Origin: Lophium mytilinum
Lineage: Eukaryota
Assembly (NCBI GenBank): GCA_010093605.1
Contig: MU004184.1
Coordinates: 1,188,801-1,252,800 of the forward strand
DNA length: 64,000 nt
Reading direction: 5' to 3'
Within the stretch, counting starts at the first letter, position 1; each line of letters starts with the position of its first letter. Under the pieces are notes generated by a model. The model saw only the letters and a program-made list of their open reading frames with translations, was not told the DNA's origin and made no database searches. Shown here one piece after another: positions 26,344 to 38,409 of the stretch. The position numbers and the translations under genes are program-made.

Positions 26344-27250
26344 TGCCCACTCAATACCACTGTGAGGGGTAGCCTGGCCGCTAAGCAGGCAATTAGTCAA
26401 GAGGCAGTTTAATCTGTACTGCTTAAACCTTAACATTAACAGTACTATACTATAAGTCCAGGCACTTAAAATAATTTCTGCCTTAGTCCAACTTTACTTA
26501 CTTAATACTACTATTAGGGGTGCCCTAGTTACTATATATCTAGTTAATTAAGAGAGACTTTAATATAAGCTGCTTAAAGCTTAACATCGCCCTCAGGTCC
26601 TAGAAACCTTGTGGGGGTACCCCAAGCAGTGGCATACCAGTGTGCCCAGACTTGTGACCTGTCACTGTATATTAGACTACCTCTTAAGTCTGAGCACATG
26701 AAATTGTTTCTGCTCGGCTCCTCCGCTTCCTTCACGTCAAGGTACTGCAGCCAAGCAATCTCCACCTCAGGATGCCACACCTCAGGATGCCACACCCCAG
26801 GGCGCCACACCTCTGGCTGATTCTGGCCCATCGCGGGCTCCGACTGCATCAGCGCCAACACGGGCTACAGTACTAGGCCACAAGTCTGGGCACACCTAAC
26901 TGTCACTGATTGGCTTTAGTATTGCTCACTCGATACTACTGTAGGGGATAGCCTGGCCGCTACAGAGCTACATAGTTAATAGGCTATCTAACCTACGCTG
27001 CTTAAAACTTAGCATCGCCTTTATATCTTTAAAATCCTATAACACGTGGTTCTATTACTATAGGCTCTAATATTGCTCCCTTAACACCACTGTAGGGGGT
27101 AGCCCAGCAACTAAGCAGCTACTTAGTTAAGAGGCAGTCTAATCTACGCTGTATAAAACTAGACATCGCCTATCAATCTTCTAAATCCTTGGGGGGTGCC
27201 CCTAGCAGTGGTACACATAACTGCACAAGTAGTTCTTGGAAAGAAAGTCT
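26344..27250 (-). repeat. Four ~150-bp RIP-mutated repeat units in two duplicated blocks plus a 15-bp minirepeat; relic of a repeat-protein gene
   Basis: Units begin near 26344, 26495, 26923 and 27073, sharing ATAC[CT]ACTGT..GGGGTAGCC...GCTTAAA.CTTA.CATCGCC. CACCTCAGGATGCCA occurs about 3.5 times at 26763-26815. Confidence 0.75.
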
Positions 27251-27763
27251 GCCATTTCTGCTGAGAATGTTGAAAGCTCAAATGAGGATAATTGTTACAC
27301 CGTCCCCGTTCCTCCCCACTAGTTTCCGGCACCATGTTCCTAACAGATGCTCCTACCCCTATCCCTGGAGCCCAAAGCATTACACGCCAGCAAAGCCAAG
27401 CGTGTCCCCTGCCAGAAGTAATAATAACAACAATAATCCTGGGCCTTTCCCTTGAATATCGAAAAGCCCTTTTTGATACCCCTTTCCCAATGCAGCAAAA
27501 CGACAGATAATAAAAAGCGAAGTATTCCGTAGATCGCTGGAAAGACCCGAAGAACGCACAAAAGGGCTCCCACCCGTCGTCCTCCTTCCACTCCAACAAC
27601 TTCACGTTCTTCTTTGTTGCCACGACGCGTACCCACGCATTGTGCCTTGATACTGACTTAGGGTGATGTATCAACGAAATTCCGAAACGGTTCTTTGAGA
27701 AGATGGTCCCCGGGACGCCACGTACAACCCGACTCGTTGCATTTCGACGATACACACCTATCG

Positions 27764-29008
27764 TCACCGCGACCACCTCGTGTTGTCTAGCACCGCTAAA
27801 CGACGTCCGATGTTGCCAAAGCAGATGCAACTGCAGAACAGAACACTGGCTATCCAGGTGGCTACGCCTAAGCTTTCGTAGCTTACCACGCCGGCGAACA
27901 AGGTCGCCGGGGGGACGTTGGCGCTCGGGTTGCCCGTGAAGACGGCGCTGGACGGGGGTAGGCGTGTTGCGTTTGAAGCAAACACCGCAGGCGGCGGCAC
28001 GACGTCCGGCTTTGCGAGGAGAAGGACTGACGTAAGGATGACGGACACGAGGGTTGATAAAGTGAGGCCGGGTTTGCTTCGGTCTAGTATGTACCACAGT
28101 GCTGGGTTCACGAGAGCTAGAGTTACGGAGACCTGGAGCGTCGACGTCCAGGGCAGTTTGCGCTAAGGGTTGTTAGCAAAGAACTAGCAAGTCGGGGTAG
28201 GATCTGAACTTACAATTGCAAATGCGATCCCCACGAAGGCGCCAATACTTCGAACGACGGGGTTCCACTGTTCGCTTAGAGGGCTGCGCGACGGAGCGTT
28301 CTTCCGTTGCGCTTGTTCCGGCACATGACTTCTAGCCCACAGCAGATCCACGTATGGCAGTAGGCTACCGAGCACGATCCCCGCGATGCCCCAGACGGTG
28401 TAGTACTGCCATTGTGTCCGGTCCACGCCCTGCATCCGCACCGGCGCAAGGTTCCGAGTGTCGTGGAGGTGCGAAACGATAATTCCATAGACGACTCCAA
28501 AGCCAAAGAGAGCAAGGATCCGGCCAGTCAGCAAAAGGTATCCCCATACGCCTTGGATTTGCTTCTGTTGCGCTCGCTGCCACAGTTCTCCGCCCTTTTT
28601 GTCCAATGCCGCCGTCTGCTCTGGTAGGTTGTTGTCCCATGCGTCACCCCCATAGCGGGCGGGCGTTTCTGCTCCTGTGCCCCATGGTGTCTGTGGTTCG
28701 GTCCTATCTCCTGTTCCAGCGTCTGAATATATTCCGAATAGCGTTGAGGAGGTCATGTTGAGGAAGGACTTTGTACGAGACGTTGCGTCCAAGTCGCCGC
28801 CATTGCCACTCCCGGTCCGCGACCGCCGCAGCTTCGCGTCTAGCTGGGCAACAAAGTCGGAGGAGGCACCACGAGTAGGTGAGGACGAGTGGGAGCCTTC
28901 AGAGGCCGGAGTCGACATCTCGAAGTGGCGGCGCGCAACGGGGCGATGGATGTGATTTGGATTCGACGTTGGGATGTCTCCGGGCAGAGGCGACGGTTCT
29001 TCGGACAT
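27764..29008 (-). CDS. INSIG-family (Nsg1/Ins1-like) membrane protein
   Basis: LFGFGVVYGIIVSHLHD, WGIAGIVLGSLLPYVD, VRSIGAFVGIAFAI|RKLPW, NPALWYILDRSKPG and ICFGNIGRRL; one intron. Confidence 0.9.
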
Positions 29009-29745
29009 GTTTTCTGCTATGTATAGGGTGGTTTAGGGCGAATTGGCGCGTTGGAAGAAGAAATGAGAGCTGGAATGCTGTTATGGATGCGGAGGGATCT
29101 GCGAAGTTGAGATGTGAGCACGTGGACCGCAAAGACGGGAACGGCTTGGCGGAGGGCGTTGTGAGCGGACGTGGTGCTCGCTTTATAAACGATGGCGGGA
29201 GACTAGAGATGGCTCCAGTAGTGCTGAGGCGCCCTATGCATGCTGTGACGTTGGGGTGAGCTGGAGGCGTTGTTGGGGTGAGAGTCCGTATATGAGCAAG
29301 CATGCAGCATGATTTGCATGTGAAGGTGTCCGAAGCCCGGCCTCTGATTCGGAAAGTCCGGGGTTCCGCTGCTGAACCCACTCGCTTTTACTACAGCCAC
29401 CTCACGATCATTGATTTTTAATTTGAGAAAGAGCGAATGCTGTCTTTATGCTCGGATTCTGAGAACTATGAGTATATGCTTCCGACACCAAATTCACTAG
29501 GCCGTCCGCAATGCACTTTTCCAACCAGGAGGCCGCATGCCTGCAGTCTCCGCCGTCTATCCCCTCACAGATCCCCTCACCATGCCGCTCCTGAATCCCA
29601 GGATCATGGCTGCGTGCTACGAAGGTGCAGAGGTGCGAAGCAAACCAAGCGCTGAACGTTGCAGTTCTACTAGCCTTGTGACACTGTCCGCAGGACTTTC
29701 ATTGGCCTTTCCCTGCTCGAGGCGCCCCAACTGGTGGACAAGCGC

Positions 29746-31655
29746 CTAATCAATCGTGGGCGTGAGAGTAGATCCCCTGTTGCATAGATTAGCAATGCAC
29801 TGGACCCAAGCCTTTGGTTTACTTACGCAACGATGTTCGCCCATCCAATCAACCGCCAGTGCTTCTCTATCCGCCGCGAGAGAGCAATCTTCTCTCCAAT
29901 TTCGGTACACGCTGGAGATGTGAGAGAAAGACGTGCAGCATCCGCCTTGACCGCAATGACCTTCGCTCCAGTTGCCGTACTACCAATGTTGACCATCAGC
30001 ACCTCATTCTTGCTTAGCTTGGCCACCTTGGCCTGCTTGCCATCTGCCGTCTTCACACCTAGCAGACGTCGCAGAAGGAAGTAGTTGACCTCGAGTTCGG
30101 TGTAGATGTCGGGTAGATGTCCTCGTAGACCCAGTACGAAGCCAACAAGACGATCCGCTCGGCAGAGGGTTGGGTCGACTCGAGTACCAACACCTGCGAT
30201 ATAATTAGTCGACGACTTCTGAGACATAGTTGCAGAACGTACCAATCAAGCCTCCCGGAACAGCAAATTTGAGATCATTGTGTTCTGCGAACAGCGTCAC
30301 GACTCTCGAGAAGATGGGCTTGCACTGGATCTTGCCTGTGCTGTCTTTCGAGACAATCCCAGGCCTGATTTCAATCTCGTCTCCGAGCTTGAGCACACCA
30401 GTCAGGATACTTCCTCCAGCAACTCCACCCTTGAGTTCGTCAATCTCTGCACCAGGCTTGTTCACGTCAAACGACCGAATAACGATCATGTGCGGCTTCG
30501 CGGTGAAGTCTCGAACGGGCACGGGTATCTTGGTGATCAGGAATTCGTTGATTGCATCGATGTTGAACTTGAGTTGGGCCGAGATGGGAATGATTGGCGA
30601 TCCGTCGGCGACTGTGCCCCGAATGAATTTCTAGTCTACGTCAGCTACGATGAGCAAATCGAGTCGAGTGGTCGAACCAGAATGGATTGATAGTGTGCTT
30701 CGGCTCCTTCTTCTCTCATCAGGTCAACCTTGTTCTGCAGAATGATTATGTGGTTGAGCTTCATGATTTCGATAGCGGCCAAGTGCTCGGAGGTTTGAGG
30801 CTGGGGGCAGGTTTCGTTTCCTGCAATCAGTAGGAGGGCTGCGTCCATGACGGCTGCGCCAGACAACATTGTGCTCATGAGAATATCGTGACCGGGGCAG
30901 TCCACGAAGGAGACATGTCGCATCAACCTGGAAACTGATTAGCTGAAGGCCCAAGCCGTTCGATTCGACATAACGTACCTATATCGCCCCGAGCATCCAT
31001 CGCGCTCGCACGGCGGGTCCACTTCCTTTTCGCTCTTGTAACTCCGGTAACCTGCCAGTATAGTCAGCCTACAACTGACCTTGCCACCTGTACAAGCCCA
31101 GATTCCACTCACAGGTGGGGCGTGGGCAGTCCTCGTTGTCACACTTGTAGATTTTGGCGTTGGCATATCCCAGCTTGATGGTAATGTTCCTTTCCAGCTC
31201 GTTCTTGAATCTGACGGTTTGCACTCCCGATATCGCCTTCACCACAGTGCTCTTCCCGTGAGCGACGTGACCGATTGTTCCGATATTGATCGTTGCTTGA
31301 CGGCTAATGATCTCGGGCGAGAGGGGCGTTAATGTCGTGAGGTCCAAGTCCTTAGGCTCTGGCTGCTCTGGGAGCTCTGGTCGCTTCTCCTCCTCCTTGG
31401 GCTGGTGCGAGGACTTCTTCAGCGCCGACTTGGGCTTCACCTCGACTTCTTCGGGCTCCGAGTCCTGGAGAGTCTCGTCGTGCTCGGAGTCGGAATCCAT
31501 GCTGGGCAGTGTCGTTGGTGTCTTAGTCGAGGGGGGCTTCTGAGTAAGACAGACACGCAGTCGTAGGCGGTTGTTGTCTGAGGGGTCGGTGAGTTAATAT
31601 TGTTCCGCATCCGATGGCATGAAATCGCACAGTCAAAGGCGAAAACCCACGCCAT
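29746..31655 (-). CDS. GCD11: Translation initiation factor eIF2 gamma subunit (5' exon structure uncertain)
   Basis: [70 protein letters not shown] and [15 protein letters not shown]; multiple introns. Confidence 0.97.
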
Positions 31656-32525
31656 GACTCAGCCCGCGATTGGCGGGGCAGCGGTCGGAGCTGGAAAAAC
31701 GTAAGCGCCGAGGCCAGTCATTAAGAAATCTCTGGCGGCCAACCTTCTCTTCTTCTTCATGAACAACGCAAATTCATCACACTCACAAAAAGCATTTTCG
31801 GCTGAGATACCCGCTGTCCTCGCGATGGTGTGAGGTTCCATGACTACGAAGACCGTCAAGATGAGTGGAGAACGACTTCCAGCAGCCGATCTTGGGTGCG
31901 GTCTCTCCTTGCTCTCGAGCTGTGGGAGAGAGCGCAATGATTAGCCGTACACACCTTTTTCTATCCATGCGGCTCTATACGGGTTTTGCCCTGGACCTGG
32001 CTCCGTCGTCTGTTTGCTTCGTCTGGGAGATTCTCGACCAGTATGAAGCTGCCTCACGGAGGTTATTCCTAAACAGAGCAGTGCAAGAGCAGCACATATG
32101 CGGTATTCACGTCTCGGCACCTTTGTATGATTCCCTGGCAGACTATTACCACCAGGGGCATCATTCAGTAGACGGTGCATCTTGAGACAAGCTTAAGCTG
32201 AAGCTCGAGTACGGCGTGCCTAAGACGTACGAGTAACAGACGAGTTTTCGCATCCGAAGTGCAATCATGAGTGCTTATGAGACTGGCTGATCCATGACAC
32301 GACACAGAGACTATTAAACAGTTGTAACGCTGATACTTGCGGGCTCAAAAATCTTATATTGAATTGGTGAAAGGTACTGGCGCACTCCGAGCACATCATC
32401 GGATGCAGGTCCGCTCTAGTGTCGCAACGTGACGCGGGAATGCCTCTCTCTTCAACCCCTCGCATTGCCTCCCACTCTTGCCATTAGCCATTGGGTTTCA
32501 CCAGGCTGTTGAATTACTCGTAACT

Positions 32526-33796
32526 ATGCTTTTTAGATCAGTTATACTGGTCTTATCCAGTTTGACAGCATATATTACCGCTGAACAAGCTACTTTCCAG
32601 CTTCCGCGGCCCGCAGAGCTCTCCCACGAATCCCGCATCCTCCCCGCCTCAACCTCCAAAGAGCTTCTCTCCTTACACCGCAAGCTTGTCGAGATCGAAT
32701 CAATATCAGGCAACGAGGATGAAGTAGGACATTGGCTAGCCTCCTACTTGGAGTCCAAAGACTACACTGTCGAGCTCCAGGAAGTGCGGCCAAAGCGCTT
32801 CAACGTATTTGCATACAAGGGCAAGAACAGAAAGACGCCGATACTAGTGTCGAGCCACATTGACACTGTGCGTAGGAGCTACTCCACACGTATTCGAACG
32901 CTACGTCTTCTGTCTATTGACTCCATGACTAATTCGAGATATCTGCTTTCAAGGTTCCGCCGTACTGGCCCTATGTATACAACAAGACGTCCAACATAAT
33001 CTCCGGCCGCGGGTCTGTGGATGCAAAAGCGAGCGTTGCCGCCCAGATAATCGCCGTGCTCTCCCTCGAGGCCGCCGTTGCTGAGAAAGTGTCGCTCCTC
33101 TTCGTTGTTGATGAAGAGAGGTATGGCTTGGGCATGCAGTACTTCTCAGATCACGCCCAACACGCCTACGACGCGGTCATATTTGGGGAGCCTACTGAAG
33201 CGAAGCTTGTTTGCGGTCACAAGGGCATACTCAGCTTCGAGGTCAACGTGAAGGGCAAAGCTGCTCATTCCGGGTACCCATGGCTCGGCGTCAGCGCGAA
33301 TGACGCCCTCGTCGAGGCGCTGGAGAAACTGATACAGCTGAGGGAGAGCTTGCCATGGAGCGCCAAGTATGGAAACACTACTATGAACTTCGGGCGGATT
33401 GAGGGTGGACTAGCTGCGAATGTCGTTGCTGAGTCGGCGATGGCTAAGATGGCTGTCCGGATTGCTGCTGGCACGCCGAAAGTAATTGAAGGCCTTGTTA
33501 TCAATGCGTTGAAAGATGTAAAAGCAAAGGTTGAGGATGAGGGGGGCGCCTTGGAAATCAATTGGACACAAGAGGGCTATCCGCCCGTGAACATCGATTG
33601 CGATATCAAAGGCTTCGAGACCATCACGGTGAACTACGGGACAGACGTTCCAAACCTCAAGGGCGATCATAAGAGGTATCTCTATGGACCGGGAAGTATT
33701 TTCGTTGCGCATTCCGCACATGAGACGCTAAAGGTTGAGGACTTGGAAAGAGCAGTAAAAGATTTTGAGAGGTTGATACTCGCAACCCTAAAGTAG
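32526..33796 (+). CDS. Secreted M20-family metallopeptidase (ArgE/DapE-like)
   Basis: Signal-like N-terminus, SSHIDTVPP (split by an intron), GRGSVDAKASVA, DEE, FGEPTE, AAHSGYPWLG and YGPGSIFVAH. Confidence 0.9.
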
Positions 33797-34374
33797 ATGC
33801 AGTTGTCTCTGCTCAAAATATTACGAAGCCTTTTCGAATCAACAGTGTCCAACGAGTCAGCTTCTTAGACTTATATCCTTCAATAGCACAAGCCTCAACA
33901 TGCGCCTACGAAGTTTCGCGGTTACGGGGCTCTGTTCTACATACGCCATAGCCCGCGTCCGATTCTCTACATTCTTATATCTCATTGATAAGATGACTAA
34001 TTTTCTCACTCCCCCTAGTTCACCTCATAGCAGTACTTTTACAACGAGTTACCGATGCCGGAGTCTCTCTGAGTGGTCAAGAAGAATCCAACGTCGATAT
34101 GATAGGCCAAAAGCCGTATACCAGACCGCAAAGTTCCAGTACTTTTCCAACGGGACGGCAATGTCAGGCGTACCCCCGGGAGAAATCCGAATCCCATGTA
34201 AGTGTAACGATCCGGCAGGTGATTATCAGACCTCGCAGAATCGCAGCATATCGACCAAGATGCCGACGTCAAGCAATCACATTTGCGAACATGCCTTGGG
34301 GCAATTCCATTAGTGGTATAGAATCTCCTGCTTTCCAACCTCCTGAAGCCTTCCTCCATTCCACATTACATCCA

Positions 34375-37267
34375 TCACTCATCATACACACTCCGATTAA
34401 AGAACCGCCAAATCTGCCGCCCCGCCACTTTCCCTACAATGCCCACAATCTCCTCCTCCTCCATATTCGCCAGCTCAAACAAACTACCCACCTGCAGCGT
34501 CAGCCTGACCAGATTTTTCTCATTCACGCCCGGCACCACACGCAGCATATCCTGCGGCACCTGATTAAACGTGCGCGCCTCCGCATCCTCCCCATCCTCA
34601 AGCCCCAAACTAACCGCCTTAACCGGATCCGGCTCATCCTGCACCTTCTTCAACTCCGCGAAGATCTCAGCCGTCTGGTACGGCGACGACGACCAAATGA
34701 TGCGCAAGCGCGGGAACGCGAGCGTGAGCATCACGAGCTTCGACTGCAGGTCCGGCGTCGCATTCGCGCCCTGGTTCGCCGCCGACGCGAAGTCGGCAAA
34801 GGGTTCCAGCGTGAAGGACTTGTTGGCGTCGAACTCGATGAGCAGCATGGGGGACTTGTAGTGCTCCGTCATGGCCTCGACCTGGTTGAAGAGGCGGCCG
34901 TTGGTGAAGGAGGAGATGAGATCGCGCACGCTCTTGCGCTCGATGCAGATCTGCGGCGTGAGGACGTAGTCGCCGACGGTGAGCATGCAGGGGACGAGGA
35001 CGATGTTCTGGCCGTGGAGGAGGGAGGGGAGTGAGGAGCGGAACTCGCGGACGTCGACGACGACGCGTGGGGGAGTGGCTGTGGCGGCGAGGCGACCGCC
35101 GCCCGCGATGCGGGTGTTGATGGTGCGGAGGAAGGACTCCTCAGGGGCTATGGCGGCGGAGGTGAGGGTGATTGCCATGTTGCCGCGCTCGCGGATTAAT
35201 CTAGTAAACGCATCTTTTTCTCTGCGTACGGCACTGAGATAGCGCTGTTCCTCGACAGAGCCGCCGTAGTACATGAAATAGACTTTGACGTTCCTGTCGC
35301 TGTGGGAGCTGCGGTATACTTCTATCCGGCGGATGAACGCGGCGTCTGGCTCGTACATAATGACATATCGAGGTTTGACTTCTTCGAGGACGTGCTCATC
35401 CATGTCGCCTTCGTACGGATGGACCACGACGAGCTCGTTCATGTCGAAGAGCTCGTAATATTCTTCCATGTCTTCAAGCGTATCAAACGCGATCTCTCCT
35501 TTTTGCAGGTTCTCGATCTCTGTAGGCTGGAGTTCGGCCATCAAGCTGGCGAGATGTGCGTCTCGATCTCCAGCCGTACGAAGAGCCCCGGTAGCTGATC
35601 GATCACCAGAAGTTGTCCCGCCACCACGCATCCGACGACGCTTGCTAGGGGGCGCCTTGCCTCTGCTGCTACTTTGGCCGCTCCGCTGGTCGGTCGCACC
35701 GTTGATAGCCTTCTCATTCTCTGAAAAAAGCGCGTTACTGACTTTCGCAAACTCCCTTTTCCAGGCGAGATAATTACGAAGTCTTCGGCGCATCATGAAG
35801 GAAGCAGATGGGGTAGAGTCGTCTGCATTCTGTTCTTCGTTTTCGTTCGCCTCTACCTTCACCCACATTGTTTGAAGATACTCTCGAAGCTGCCGGCAGG
35901 TCCCTTGATCGCCACACATGATCAGAATAGACCCATTGGAACCATCATAAGTGATCGGATTCAGATACATGTCTTGCTCGGTTTCCTGCAGGATTTCAGC
36001 AAGCAGAGCCCACTTAGGGAACTCTTCGAGGACTGGGTGCATAGAGTCCGGTACGGCGTTCGGATTGGCAGTTAGATCGGCGTTGGTCAGTTTGCCTGCG
36101 TAGACTCTCCGTTTCGCAGTTTCAAAGATAGTATGCGCCGAATCCAGAAAGAGCCAAGGGGATTGGTTCTGCTTATTGGAACCAGGCGGAGGTTGAGAAG
36201 CGGCAAGGACGGTGTCTAGATAGCGGTTGAAGTTAACGGCATCATAACTAAGAAGGGCGCTGATCTCATTAGTTGACTCAAATTTACCATGGTAGGGCCA
36301 GCTTACCCCAAGATATTCCGAAGAAGAGTCAAATCTCGCACTATTTGTCTAGTCTTAAAGCTTGTCCGATGCCAGACAGGGTCCAGCTGCCTTCGTATAA
36401 TGGTATCGAAATTCTTGTGCAGCGCACTATCAAGCGTCCAGTCCTCCATTTCTATACCAGAATTGCCTTTCTTTAGCTCGCTGATGCTGACCTCCACGCA
36501 CTCAAGAACAGCAAGCTGTATATCTTTCATGGCATCCGTCATTGGAACTTCCAACTCAATAACCTCCGCCTTCTTCCTCCCCTCCAACGACTTCGCAACC
36601 GCAAGATGAAACCTCGGATACAGCGACGGTTTCTGCAAGAACAAATTCTTCATCATATTCGACAGCGGCGAGAACCCCGACGTAAACGGCTCCGGGCTAT
36701 CCGAAAACGCCTTCAGAAACCCGCTCTTATTCTTCTGGCGATAGATGCGCAGTATAAACGCCTCCAGCGACGTCGCCACCACCCTCTCCGCGTGGAGCAC
36801 CACAATCCCCGTCACGGTCTCCGGATTCAGCAGATTCGACAAAAAGTCCACGATCAGGATGCGCGAGGTGATGCTGAAGATGCCGCCCTGCGTGTACATC
36901 TTCTCCCGCGTCGCGACACTCATCACGTCGGTGTTGACCAAGCTGAGCCCTCGCGCCTTGGGAGACATGCTGATGGCCGCATGCTCCGCCAGCGCTTCGC
37001 CGATCCATGTATTCTCCCGCTCGTCGGCTCCGAGGAGCAGTATTAGATTGTTCCCGGCCGCATCGTAGGAATGCAGGAGGTTGGTCACGATGCGGAGGAG
37101 TCCCAGGCCGCGAGCGAGCAGGACCAGCTCATCTTCCTCCCGAAGTTCCTTGAAGATGTCTTGCTGGAATTCCTTAGGCGCATGGTCAGCTACGCTCATT
37201 GTTATCTTCAAGATGGACTCACAAGAGGAAGAGAGAGCTTCACCGGCGCTTTCTCATCGCTGGGCAT
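34375..37267 (-). CDS. RAD1: XPF/Rad1/MEI-9 structure-specific endonuclease
   Basis: TSRILIVDFL, GFLKAFSD, VLEEFPKW, VVVDVREFRSSLPSLLH, GDYVLTPQICIERKSVRDL nuclease motif and HhH C-terminus; start MPSDEKAPVKLSLPL then intron. Confidence 0.97.
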
Positions 37268-38409
37268 TGGGAAAAGTTGATGGAGTTGGTGGAGTGGGGA
37301 AGTGGAACGCGTCAAGGATGTCGCGCTTTGGCCATTTTGTGAAAGCTCATCTCGTGGTCACGTTACAAGGCACTTCATACAGTGCTAAGACTTTATTTTG
37401 CTTGTACCGTTCTGAGACTCATTGTGGAGCTACAAATGGCTTTCAGTATGTAAAGCATATACATGATTTGGAGAGCCCAAAGCTTTGCCGAGAAACCTCA
37501 GGCGGTGCCATAAAATATGGATGTACGCAAGTCGGACCTGTGAAATGTTGCTCCAGTTACATGTTAGCATAGTTTAACGCTACAAGCAGCGTTAATAACA
37601 TTTAAGAATTCGGTTGCCCTCGGACTATACATCAAAGACCTCCTTCACTACTAGAAAACAAAGCATATGAAAGCAATAGGGTATTTGATTCGTTTGATAT
37701 GAGTATACAGTGCTCGTCAGCGCCTGGCGACCGCAATCGCGTAGTCCCAGTCTATTCCGTCCTCAAAGGTTGTGGTTTGAGCCAATCGAGACCTTGTCAG
37801 TAATACTGTCCAGATGAAGCCGCTGCATGCAGCATCAACGCCCATAAAAACACCTGTAGAAACAATCGCAGAAGAAATATCGACGTCGATGACAATGAAG
37901 ACCTGGCCCTTAGACGCCGCGATCAAAACTCCTCCGCCCGAGTCATCGGCTCTCTAGCGGCCTCCAATGATTTGGCATCATGTGCAATCTGGTATCTCCC
38001 GCCCTGGCTAATGCGCCTTCCCAGTAGAATAGCGCCTGGCGGAAACTTCAAACTCCGAACGTATTTCCTACCCAAAACCAAGAACCTGTCGAAACCAACC
38101 AATAATGTAAAGGACAAATGTGAAAGATCAAAGGTTTGTGAGAGGAGACGGTTCCATAACCATGAAAACGCCCCGCCAGCTCCACCGGATGCAAAATTAT
38201 AGGAAATAGTGGAAACAAAAAAGGAAACGTGATGCTTGAAAAAAAACTGATCGTCGCTGATAATCATGTGAGCAGTGGGAGCGAGTGTCCCAAGGTTCCC
38301 GGAGTAGACAAAAATCGGTCCAACTCCACAAGTAAATCCATGGAAAGGATGTACGCAAGATTGCGTGTATGCGAAATTTCGAAATCGTGTCAGCGGCACA
38401 CAGCCGAGA

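Noticed and set aside
26344..27250. CRISPR-like repeat-spacer appearance
   Set aside because: Eukaryotic context, long degenerate codon-phased units and no cas genes.
27159..28097. 312-aa minus-strand ORF
   Set aside because: Alternative frame overlapping the INSIG last exon and 3' UTR; only its last ~25 codons belong to the RIP'd repeat relic.
34099..35034. 311-aa plus-strand ORF and similar antisense ORFs (44892-45728, 25222-25884, 51081-51662)
   Set aside because: Shadows of GC-rich sense genes (RAD1, SEC59, DUF262, RRP43) with no recognisable motifs.
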